From Eledone cirrhosa (taxonomy: Eukaryota), in contig OZ024742.1 in the NCBI GenBank assembly GCA_964016885.1, positions 270,940,001 through 271,004,000 on the forward strand: a stretch of DNA of 64,000 nt. Reading direction: 5' to 3'. Shown piece after piece: positions 37,059-53,384 of this stretch. A program made the position numbers and the translations under genes. The notes beneath the pieces were generated by a model. That model did no database searches and was not told where the DNA came from. It worked only from the letters and a program-made list of their open reading frames with translations. Numbering within the stretch: the first letter of the stretch is position 1; every line of letters begins with the position of its first letter.

Positions 37059-37456
37059 ATATATATATATATATATATTCTTGTTCCTATATATATATAT
37101 ATATATATTCAAATCAACAAACAGCGAAAGACGCGTTCCGAGTTGTCCGACAGACAACCTTTTCCCCCACCCCGGAAAAAAACCCCAGTTGATGGATGTG
37201 AATCCAAAATATATAGGGACTATTAAATCTCTCCCAAGGTAACTCTCTCTCTTCTGTTGTTATTATTATTTTTATTCTTTTACTCTTCCCTTCATTCTAC
37301 ACATCTCACACATCTTATACACACCACGCATCTCAACGTACACCCACTTACATATCTCTATCTCCACCACCGGACCTTGTTACCCGGAGATTTACCCATT
37401 TGCATTGTCGAGGCTTCCAAACGACTTATAAATATATATATATATATATATATTTG

Positions 37457-37555
<99 letters not shown>

Positions 37556-38185
37556 ATATATATATATATATATATACTTACGCACAGGGCCGCAAGTAGG
37601 AATGACAGTGTAAGTTAGTGAAGTTACTATGTAGTCGTGGAACGTGTGGGTGTTCTGGCTATATTAGTGGGGGTGTTGTTTGTATTAGTAGCGAAAGTTG
37701 ATTCAGTAATGTTTTGCGTATGTACGAGGATTGTGCGTGTGTGTGCATATCAAGTATAAGGGAACCATCAACTTTTGAAGTAAAAGAAAATGAATCAATA
37801 TTTGAATTATTCGAGGGTTAAATGGAGTATTTAATCGTTCACGTGATTCTGAGCCATACATTGGAATTCTCATTTATAATTCACTGTCATTTAATAGACA
37901 TGCTAAACATTTCTTTCGAGAATAACCTATCTTTGGTGAAATCGCTAAATCTAGGTATGCAGGTGTTTATCAATGCTATTTTGAATTCTGCTATCTCACA
38001 GAAGAGGAACTAAATGTAAACATTAAGAGAAATCGATTTATAGTCAAAGAAATCGTTACGATATTCATTTGAAACACACACACGCATATATTACAAGGTA
38101 TAAGACACAGATACACATATAAATATAAAGAAAGTGAGACAAATCTATCTCACTCTCTCTCCTCTCCATCTCACTCCCTCTCTCT

Positions 38186-38368
38186 GATGGTGGATGGGTG
38201 GTACACAAGAATGCTGAGGATGGCTCTGAACATTAATCAGTATGCACTGAGGATGAAAATTTCAGAGCTGTATGGGAGGAGCCCCCAAACGTCAGCTCAA
38301 ATGTGTCACAGAGGAGACTGATGTTAGCTGTACATGCTCACCGACATTCTGCGTTGACATTGCACTCA
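38186..38368 (+). pseudogene. RTE-group retrotransposon C-terminal fragment
   Basis: [31 protein letters not shown] resembles the RTE post-RT motif DG.YTRMLR..RRL..AGH..RH. Confidence 0.65.
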
Positions 38369-38417
<49 letters not shown>

Positions 38418-38439
38418 TATATATATGTATATATATATG

Positions 38440-38502
<63 letters not shown>

Positions 38503-38563
38503 ATATATGTTTATATATATATATATATATATATATAAATATATATATATGTATATATATATG

Positions 38564-38655
<92 letters not shown>

Positions 38656-38689
38656 ATATATAGATGTATGTATGTATATATATATATAT

Positions 38690-39402
<713 letters not shown>

Positions 39403-39432
39403 TATATAAATATATGTATATATATATATATA

Positions 39433-39727
39433 TTAGAAAGTGAGGATTTTTTACAAAATCAAAAATAACCGAGGTGTCCTACACTATATATATATATATG
39501 TATAAAGAAAAAATATGAAATCGAAAATGCAAATGGAGTCTTATTTTAAAAAATATATATATATTGATTTGGTTCCTTTACCGGTTTCGCAGTTCTTCTG
39601 CTTTTCAAAAGTAGAGTTGTGATGGAGGGTCTGTCGATTTTCTCACATCTGCGATACCGGTAAAAGAAACAAATAAATATATATATTTTTTTAAAATATA
39701 AGACTCCAGTTGCCTTTTCGAGATCAT

Positions 39728-39731
<4 letters not shown>
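39433..39731 (-). mobile_element. Fold-back PLE-like derivative; second copy at 56722-56936
   Basis: Arms 39515-39592 / 39649-39731; hammerhead-like fold on minus at 39576-39612. Confidence 0.7.
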
Positions 39732-39817
<86 letters not shown>

Positions 39818-39822
<5 letters not shown>

Positions 39823-40539
39823 CATGAGAAGAAAGAGGAATACTGCGTGGTTGCACATGGGTTACATATTATGACATTAGTCCCTCGTCAGTGATTTGCT
39901 AACCATAATTGGTATTTCATCGTATTAAAAATCATATACCTCAGGTTGGTGCGAGCAATAACTAAAAAAAGCTATTGGGACAAGTGAGTCGCGTAAAGCG
40001 AGTGAGACAAGAAAACAACATAGAAGGATAAAGGCAAACCGAAGATAGGAAAAAGAACTAGCAACATGGTTATCCGGTCAGACATGCTGGTTGAATTTCA
40101 TGAGCGTTCAGAATACAGACCGTCCGACGTGAATGAGATGTGAGAAAGAAGGAAAGCACCCCACTACCAACGAAACGGGAGGAAGTGAGAAGGGGAGAAA
40201 CAGAGAGTGAGTGAGTGGAAGTGTGAGGAAGAGGTCAGTCGAGAGAAAGTGTAACTGAAAGAGGGGGCGAAAGAAGGTGAGAGAAACAGAGAGAACGGAG
40301 GAGCAGTGAGAGAGAAAGAGAGAAACAGACAACGCAGCCGAGGTTAATATGTATAAAAAACATGAGAAGAAAGAGGAATACTGCGTGGTTGCACATGGGT
40401 TACATATTATAAAATTAGTCCCTCGTCAGTGATTTGCCAACCATCATTGGTATTTCATCGCATTAAATATCATACACCTCAGGTTGGTGCGAGTAATAAC
40501 TAAAAAAAGCTATTGGGACAAGTGGGTCGCGTAAAGCGA

Positions 40540-40543
<4 letters not shown>
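39818..40543 (-). mobile_element. Non-coding element with about 188-bp direct terminal repeats (pLTR or retrozyme-like)
   Basis: 39818-40005 is repeated at 40356-40543; TA on both sides; CTGACGA on minus in each repeat. Confidence 0.65.
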
Positions 40544-40588
<45 letters not shown>

Positions 40589-40814
40589 AATATGGAGCAA
40601 ACCGACCAAGGATGTGCAATCCATCATCTACTCGTTCGGCTCCGCTGCAGGTATGAGCAAAGTGGTGTATTATAGAATATTAAATACATCTAAATCAATT
40701 ATGCAATTGTGTATTGGTATATCTCCATGATATATATTTGGAATTATATATCATGGAAGTAAACCTACATCCTACTGCATATGACTTCGATGTATTTAAT
40801 ATTATACACTACAC

Positions 40815-40901
<87 letters not shown>

Positions 40902-40906
40902 TATAC

Positions 40907-40938
<32 letters not shown>

Positions 40939-41030
40939 TTATATATGCTCGTAATATTGCTCAGGAAATCTGCACTAGGGACATTAAAGCAATATATTTC
41001 TCTTATCCTGTTTACATTTCCCACATATGT

Positions 41031-41165
<135 letters not shown>

Positions 41166-41537
41166 AAGGCATCTGCATTAAGTGTGTGTATGATAAACAT
41201 ACCTAAGTCTCGCTATTGGAGTATTAATTTGTGATTATATCAAAGTTAACATTAATTAATGCCGTATGTTAACGTTTCGCCTTTCTTAATCCCCGATGAA
41301 GTATGTTGATTCTCACGGAACTAAAAGTAAATAAGCTATATTTATATAATATTTTAGCATAATATATCGAGGAGAGGCATTCCTTTGCATTTATTGAATG
41401 GGAGTAATAATCAGTAACATGAATATAGTTTGATATATATTATATGAAATCCTTTTCGTCATATATATGTGATATGTATGAGATTTGCTTATTACAGAAT
41501 CATATAACGCATATGCCCTCATAAACATTTATATATA

Positions 41538-41595
<58 letters not shown>

Positions 41596-41655
41596 TGTGT
41601 GTGTGTGTTAGTGTGCGTATATATATATATATATATGTCTATATTTGCGTGTGTC

Positions 41656-41704
<49 letters not shown>

Positions 41705-41784
41705 AAATAGGGCGACACAAAGCAGTCTTTGTTTACAAAAGGCTACCGAATTTGAACATTTGGGAGTAATATGTGCTTACACCG

Positions 41785-41984
41785 TATTTGACTACATAGA
41801 ATTTGTCGGTTAGTTAGGATTTAAAAAAAACCCCTCTGAATTGAAAAGATAATGAGTATTGACGTACATGGGATACGAACCCACGTTTGGCTTACCGGAC
41901 AATGTACGTCAATACTTATCATTTTTTCCATTCAGAAGTGTTGTATAAATCCCAACTAGCAGACTAATTCTATGTAGTCAAATA
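41785..41984. repeat. Diverged inverted repeat with a B-box-like centre
   Basis: TATTTGACTACATAGAATT..AATTCTATGTAGTCAAATA; loop GGGATACGAACCC. Confidence 0.7.
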
Positions 41985-42029
41985 TCTACACCTCGCTTAT
42001 ATGCAGATCTCTGAAGAGGGGAGAGACAC

Positions 42030-42760
42030 AAACGATTTCTTGATATCTGGTGTGCCGAAGGGATTATTATTACGATGCCGGGGGATGGTCTGCCAGAATA
42101 CTTTATTTGCTGATCTGAAGTTGGATCCACTTAAATCAAAGTTATCCCATGTCTTAACTTTGGACGCTTTTACACTATCTGCTGCGATTTTCGTGCCTGT
42201 TTCTACTGCAGGTGCAAAGAGAGGAATTACTTCGAAGCCAAACTGTGTAAGCATCCTTCTTTGCTCGGATGGCACAATTGACCTATTCATTTAACCAAGG
42301 ACTCATCCTGTCATCCTGCCCCACACCAAGTCTCTTTCACACGCAACACTTAACAGCCAAAGTAGAAAACTGATACGCTGAACAAACTCAACTCTGTCTC
42401 AACGTCTTCAGTTTGCACAGGAAGTTCTCTTAATTTGGACGCATATTTATCTGCATAAATGTTCCTGTCTTTCTTATCCACCAATGCTTCCAACTTTATC
42501 CCGTAGGTCGAACTGGACCTGCAATTTTTCTGGGCATCTTTGGCTTTATGTAGTCTGAAGCTGCGGGTAAGCAAATCGTGATCAGTTGATAGCTCAGCTC
42601 CTCTTTTATCACGAACATCCAGCACAGGATCAAAGAGAACAGAGATAATAACAAAATCAATTATTGATCTCATGGATCCCCTTATACCATGTTTATTTAT
42701 AAATGACTCTGTGCGAGAAGACAGTGTTCATAATATAAAGTAGTCTTCATTTCATCACTT
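42030..42760 (-). pseudogene. RTE-clade (Expander/Rex3-like) APE-linker fragment
   Basis: RSIIDFVII..VLDVRDKRGAELSTDHDLL and KTWDNF..NFRSANKVFWQTI. Confidence 0.75.
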
Positions 42761-42797
42761 ACAAACTGGCCTCACGATCTATCCTGGGAGACGTAGG

Positions 42798-44537
42798 ATG
42801 AATGCTCAAAGGTTCCGTATCCCGAGACCCAATAATATAAATAATATAAATAAGGAAGCTAAAGAATTAGCTTTTTCTTTAAAAATAGATAATAGGACAG
42901 AAAAACTTGCTAAACGTTCTGCGTATATCACCCTTAAAGATCATAAACCCGACTTTATTAATCGCCCTAGTTGTAAATTAATCAACCCTGCTAAGACTGA
43001 TAAGGGTCTTGCCAGTAAAAAATTTTTAAATAAATTAAATACACACATTAGAAGTAAGTCTGAATTACTCCAATGGATAAATAGCTCTTCCGTAGTACAT
43101 TGGTTTAATAATATTAAAAACAAAATCAGTTCTAGATTCACCCAATTCGATATCGTAGATTTCTACCCATCTATTACTCAGACCCTTTTAGTGAAAGCTT
43201 TAAATTTCGCTAGAGGGTTTACTAATATCTCCGATATTGAAGAGGATGTAATCTTGCATGCTAGGAACACTCTACTTTTTAATGATAATGACACTTGGGT
43301 AAAAATATCTAACCCAGAGAACCCATTCGATGTCTCAATGGGCTCTTATGACAGTGCCGAAGTTTGTGATCTGGTCGGCCTATTCCTCTTACATACACTT
43401 AAAGAAAAATGTCCTAACCATATTTTTGGGCTTTATCGCGATGATGGTCTAATACTTTCCCATACCACCATAGGCCATAACTTATATAGATTAAGGAAAG
43501 ACTTAATAAAAACCTTTGCTAGTTTTAATCTTAAAATTACTATTGATACTAACCTTTCCAACGTAGATTTCCTAGATATAAACTTAGATTTGCCTACTGC
43601 TTCTTATAAACCATACCATAAACCTAATGAAAACTTAAAATATATAAATAAAGGATCTTGCCATCCACCTATAGTTTTTAAAAACCTTATCCCTAATATT
43701 AGCCGTAGGATCTCCACCCTCTCTTCATCAGAAGCTATTTTCAATAAGGCATCCACCTACTATAATAAAGCCCTCCAAAATAGCGGCTTTAGCGAACCGA
43801 TTAAATACATACCTAACTACACTAACTCTATTAAACATAAAAATAGGAAAAGAAAAATATTCTGGTCCACACCCCCCTACTCTCAAGCAGTTAAAACTAA
43901 TGTAGGCAACAAATTCCTAGAACTCCTAGATAAACATTTCCCTAGAACACATAGATACTATAAGTTCTTTAACAGAAACTGTGTTAAAATTAGCTATTCC
44001 TGCGGTCCCCCTATTAAGTCCTATATCCTCAACAAAACATCACCTAGAGAAAATCAAACTTGCTCCTGTAGAATCAAAAGTGAATGCCCATTACAAGGTA
44101 AATGCAACACCAAAGCCATTGTATATGCGGTTAATGTGACAACCATCAGCAACAACCATCCAGTCACCAGTGAACGATATGTGGGTATGACGCAAGACAG
44201 ATTCAAAACGCGTTATTACTCACATGTCGCATCCTTTCGACATCCAGAAAAAAGATTTACAACAGCTCTGGCTAGCAGAATCTGGGATTTGAAAGACCAA
44301 GGCATCCAATATAAACTAGATTGGTCAATTTTGAACCAATCTAAAAAATATGCTAGAGGAACAAGAAAATGCACGCTCTGCATAAATGAAAAATTTTGGA
44401 TATTGCAAAATCTCAAATCACCAAAGACCTGCCTGAACACAAAGACGGAAATGTTTACCAGTTGCCCACACATGAAATCACACCTGCTTTCCAGCTCATA
44501 TAAACTTAACACACTTTCAGACACTTATCCTCCATAA
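42798..44537 (+). CDS. PLE reverse transcriptase plus C-terminal GIY-YIG endonuclease (579 aa, open; the ATG probably lies in flanking DNA)
   Basis: QFDIVDFYPSI, SMGS, GLYRDDGL, VDFLDI, YINKGSCHP; CSCRIKSEC (CxCx5C); IVYAV..YVGMT..FKTRYYSH. Confidence 0.9.
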   Translation: MNAQRFRIPRPNNINNINKEAKELAFSLKIDNRTEKLAKRSAYITLKDHKPDFINRPSCKLINPAKTDKGLASKKFLNKLNTHIRSKSELLQWINSSSVVHWFNNIKNKISSRFTQFDIVDFYPSITQTLLVKALNFARGFTNISDIEEDVILHARNTLLFNDNDTWVKISNPENPFDVSMGSYDSAEVCDLVGLFLLHTLKEKCPNHIFGLYRDDGLILSHTTIGHNLYRLRKDLIKTFASFNLKITIDTNLSNVDFLDINLDLPTASYKPYHKPNENLKYINKGSCHPPIVFKNLIPNISRRISTLSSSEAIFNKASTYYNKALQNSGFSEPIKYIPNYTNSIKHKNRKRKIFWSTPPYSQAVKTNVGNKFLELLDKHFPRTHRYYKFFNRNCVKISYSCGPPIKSYILNKTSPRENQTCSCRIKSECPLQGKCNTKAIVYAVNVTTISNNHPVTSERYVGMTQDRFKTRYYSHVASFRHPEKRFTTALASRIWDLKDQGIQYKLDWSILNQSKKYARGTRKCTLCINEKFWILQNLKSPKTCLNTKTEMFTSCPHMKSHLLSSSYKLNTLSDTYPP

Positions 44538-45926
44538 ACTCTGATTATTCTCTTTTTAATTACCCTTTCTGACTTACTTTCATTCTTATCCTTGTCAATA
44601 ATTTCATTTATTTTCACTTTTATTTATTTTTTATTTATTTTTACTTCACCCCCCCCCCCCTTTATTCTCCGATCCACTTCCTATTTTCTATTTTTTACTT
44701 CCCCTTCTTTTACTTCCCTTTTTCCTCTACTAACTGATTATACTTGTCTTTTGTGTTTTTCAATCCAGATATATTTTTCATTTTTATTTTTATTTTATTT
44801 TTGCGCAGCCTATCCTACAATTTTATATTTGTATTTATTTATCCACATTTCAATATGGCTGAACGCCTTAATGTGTGTATACTTTTTTTATATATGTACA
44901 TGAGTGACTACGTATGTGCGCGCGCGTGCGTGCATGTATGTGTATATATATATATATGTACGTGTATGTATGCGTGTGTGTAGTGGTGTTTGTGTGTGTG
45001 TGTGTGTGTATATTATGCGTATGTGTAAGTGTCTTTATATCCGTGTTTTTGACATTTCGGTTTTATATTTTTTTGTTAATTTTTTCTTCTCCCCCCCCCC
45101 TTTCCTCTTTTGTTACTTACCCAGTTTCATACATGGGCATGCAAACAGGTTTATATGCGCGAGTATAAGTATGTGTGTGTGTGTGTGTATGTACGTATCG
45201 AACGTATGGAAGTGTAAGTGCGCGTGTGTATATAAGCATAATTATTTTTACATTTCTTTTGTGAGACACGCGTGTCTGTGTATGTATGTACCCCCGCTTT
45301 TTTTGTTTTCTTTAATTTTTTCTTTCTATCTTGTCTTTCTAATTTATCGTTACTATATTTTTATAAATATATTGTAATAGATACTTTTCTTTTATTTATT
45401 ATACTCTCTTTATCTCCTTTCTTTCCGCATCTAAGTGTACGAGTGTCCAGGCGTTTTTATGCGCGCGACTTTATTTTTTTATTTTTACGAAGTAACCATT
45501 TCCGTCTGTATAATACAGACATATAGATACATTTGCCCTACATTTTTATAATTACGCACACATTCTAACCATACATTTACACGTGCACATATACATATAT
45601 GCACATCTATGAGCGTATATACATACACATACACACACCTAACTATTTTTCTTGATAGATTTTTATATATTTCAATTTCTATTTCATTTATCTATATATT
45701 TTTTTTGATTTTCTTGATGTGTTTTTCTAAGTATTTGCCCATGTTTTATATTGCCTCGTCTGACGAACGAATGAAGTCGTTTATTTCGTATTCGCCTCAT
45801 TCGGGAAACCTCTGGTAATGAGGTAATTATATTGTATTGATTTTATACATTAAATTTTGCTCTGATATTTACATAGAGCACTCTTCATTTCTATGACCTT
45901 TTCTCTTTCCAACCGAAATTTCAATA

Positions 45927-45928
<2 letters not shown>
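42830..45928 (+). mobile_element. Penelope-like element (probably Hydra clade), 5'-truncated, with long 3' UTR/pLTR
   Basis: RT-GIY-YIG ORF, 1.4-kb low-complexity 3' region with a hammerhead, ends in (TA)n. Confidence 0.88.
45751..45826 (+). ncRNA. Type I hammerhead ribozyme in the PLE 3' pLTR
   Basis: Stem I TTGCCTCGT/ATGAGGTAA (two GU pairs), CTGACGA 45760-45766, stem II CGAATGA/TCATTCG, GAAA 45805-45808, stem III ACC-TCT-GGT, predicted cleavage after A45817. Confidence 0.8.
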
Positions 45929-45986
<58 letters not shown>

Positions 45987-45990
<4 letters not shown>

Positions 45991-46515
45991 TAAGAGGAAT
46001 TCCAACTTTGTCTGATTTACTCGTTTTATTTACAATCCTTTAAAATATATATAATATGGTATTATAATGAAATAGTATGATAGAATATTAAATTCTAAGT
46101 GTTAATTGAACAAGTACTTTCATGCTTTCGCAATCTTCAGGTTCATGATATGTGGTGACAGTCGAGTTTGCAATTTTCAACTGTTGAAAATTGCAAACTC
46201 GACTGTCACCACATATCATGAACCTGAAGATTGCGAAAGCATGAAAGTACTTGTTCAATTAACACTTAGAATTTAATATTCTATCATACACTCGACTGTC
46301 ACCACATATCATGAACCTGAAGATTGCGAAAGCATGAACGTACTTGTTCAATTAACACTTAGAATTTAATATTCTATCATACTATTTCATTATAATACCA
46401 TATTATATATATTTTAAAGGATTGTAAATAAAACGAGTAAATCAGACAAAGTTGGAATTCCTCTTATTAATATAATCTTCTATACACAATCATACACACC
46501 CGTGTATATTTACCT
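45987..46515 (+). mobile_element. Young fold-back element with three hammerhead copies
   Basis: Perfect palindrome centred at 46182; 93-bp tandem duplication in the right arm; tail 46475-46515; TA-flanked. Confidence 0.85.
46219..46257 (+). ncRNA. Minimal type I hammerhead with palindromic stem III
   Basis: TGAAC-CTGAAGA-TTGC GAAA GCAT-GAA-AGTACT-T-GTTCA; tandem copy 46312-46350 (GAAA>GAAC); antisense copy 46107-46145. Confidence 0.8.
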
Positions 46516-46524
46516 ATCTATATC

Positions 46525-46556
<32 letters not shown>

Positions 46557-46557
46557 C

Positions 46558-46641
<84 letters not shown>

Positions 46642-46682
46642 AATATATATACACACACATATGTATATATATATACACACAC

Positions 46683-47285
<603 letters not shown>

Positions 47286-47310
47286 ACACACACACACACA
47301 CACACACAGG

Positions 47311-47355
<45 letters not shown>

Positions 47356-47357
47356 CT

Positions 47358-47456
<99 letters not shown>

Positions 47457-47938
47457 TAACAGATTAAAGTTTAAGCAAAGAACCGCTGCTTTCACCCTTA
47501 ATGGGATCTTCTGAAACTAAAAAAATCAATGTGTGAACGCAGAAGTGAATATTTCGAAAAAGGTTGCAACCGCAGGAAGACAGGAAGACGATACTTTGGT
47601 TCGTAGATGCGTTCCCTGGCAATGAACGAAAAAAACACGAAGTTAATCCGCCATTATTTGGAGTGTGGAGAACAATTACACGCAATGACATAACCACGGT
47701 TATGTATAAAAGAAGTTGTAGACAAATATTCTATTTAGGTGGTTCGTGTAGACGTTCCTTGTCAATGAACGGGAAAAAACGAAGATATTACCTATTTATG
47801 TGGAGCGTTGCGAACAACTACACGCAAAGACAAAACCAAATTTATGGTATTTGTACTACGGCTCTTATATATTTGATATATATTTAAACTTATCGAACTC
47901 TCTTTGGATTTCATCTTCAAATTTATTATTATTACTAA

Positions 47939-47981
<43 letters not shown>

Positions 47982-47984
<3 letters not shown>

Positions 47985-48233
47985 TGAATAAACAAGAAAG
48001 ATTAACAATTACATAAACATACATGTGTTCGAAAGTAAGGACCAGATTTGCTAAGGTGAAAACATACTAACTACAGCAATATAGTTTGTTATCCTTAACT
48101 TTAAATATTAAATTAAGAAAAATTAAGAAAAATAACATAACTATTAGTATTTTTTCACCCTAGCAAATTTGCTTCTTACGATTCGAACAAATGTATTTTT
48201 ATATTAGTGTTCATCTTTCTTGTTTATTCAATT
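47982..48233. repeat. Old diverged palindrome next to (TA)n
   Basis: AATTGAATAAACAAGAAAGAT..ATCTTTCTTGTTTATTCAATT with pairing throughout. Confidence 0.7.
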
Positions 48234-48487
48234 ATATTGTACGGCTTGGAAAAGCTTTTCTCTTAGAGCTATTTAATAGTAAGAGACTACCCTGAGTTCT
48301 TAACTCAATATATATTTGACGGCTCCATCGTGTAGAGCTAATTTTTATTGTCTTGTCAGCCAGGCTGCTATTTTTAGCGGCAGGGAATTTCGAGACAAGC
48401 TGGGTTACGAATGACACGTGCGATAATTCATATCATACACAATTCATTCTCTAATATTTTTAGAAGTGAAAGGATCACTAATTTCTC

Positions 48488-48569
48488 AACAACTACTGAT
48501 GAACAGAGAAACGTTAGAACTTCACTTAATAAGTCGCTGTGAAACAGTCTCCAACACTGTCTAGTTGTT
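48488..48569 (+). ncRNA. Canonical type I hammerhead ribozyme
   Basis: Stem I AACAACTA/TAGTTGTT, CTGATGA 48496-48502, stem II ACAG/CTGT, GAAA 48541-48544, stem III ACAGT/ACTGT, GUC cleavage after C48561. Confidence 0.85.
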
Positions 48570-49263
48570 ACCAGGCATTTTTGCCCAATATAGGTATGTA
48601 ATTTTTCTAAATTTGTTTGTCCATATATAGATTTGTTATCTGGTGAAGTGTGGGTGATTCTGTTCAAATGCTATTTGCTGTAGGAAAATAAGGGTTTATC
48701 GTTGTTTATATTTCCGCGTATTTATCCTGTCGAGAGTTAGTTTATAATGTTATGTCCTCACTTTTTACTCACTCCAATCTAGATACTTACTTGTAATTTT
48801 TTCTTTTTTTGATTTCTGATTTTTTATATTTAATTTTTCCAACTCTCATTCATAATTTCCACTGTGAAACCATAATACCTAGAAATAAGTATTTATTCAC
48901 TTAGAGGTTTATGGTCAATTCTACTGTCTATGAATTATTTAGGGTAGTATTGAGACCTATTGATACTAAAACTCTCCCAAACCCACTAGCTTTCGGACGA
49001 CTGTCAGTAACAGGGTGGCTAGCAGTAAGCGATAACCGTGTCATATTACAGGCCTGGATGGGTCATTGTTTGGTTGAGAGAGATTTGTAAAAATCTTCGG
49101 TAGTTGATGGTCAACTTCCTTCGGACCTACGCCTGCGCAGACCGGTGGGGGTGAATTGAAACTCACAAGGGAACGGGTGAAGTACTCAAGAGCACACGCT
49201 TTGTCCGTTCCCATGTCGATTCAATTTGGAATGCCTCGGAAACATAACTTTATTATGAAACAA

Positions 49264-49337
49264 GCTCTCTGACGATGCCACGGCAGTGGCGCACGGAACC
49301 GTGTGGCTACTGTCGCCATTGAAATATGTATCACAGC
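49264..49337 (+). ncRNA. Probable type I hammerhead with long stem II (base of the stem decayed)
   Basis: GCTCT-CTGACGA-..CGGCAGTGGC GCACGG AA CCGTGT G GCTACTGTCG..-GAAATATGTAT-C-ACAGC. Confidence 0.55.
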
Positions 49338-49554
49338 ATTGTCATTAAAGTACATTAACATCTGAAACCACTTCGCTTTTTCTTATTCGATATATACTCC
49401 GTCACTCTAATGTGGATAAAGTACGTTGACTGCTTGAATTGAATTGCATCAATGTTTACCTTAATAATTTAGCTCCAAGACATTGAGCACTCTATGGTGT
49501 AACCGATATAGTGGAGAATAGAGGACCCAACCACCAGCTACACCCGGAAATTCC

Positions 49555-53384
<3,830 letters not shown>

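Noticed and set aside
41284-41336. CCGATGA...GGAACTAAAAGTA hammerhead-like string
   Set aside because: Two core mismatches and poor stems I and II.
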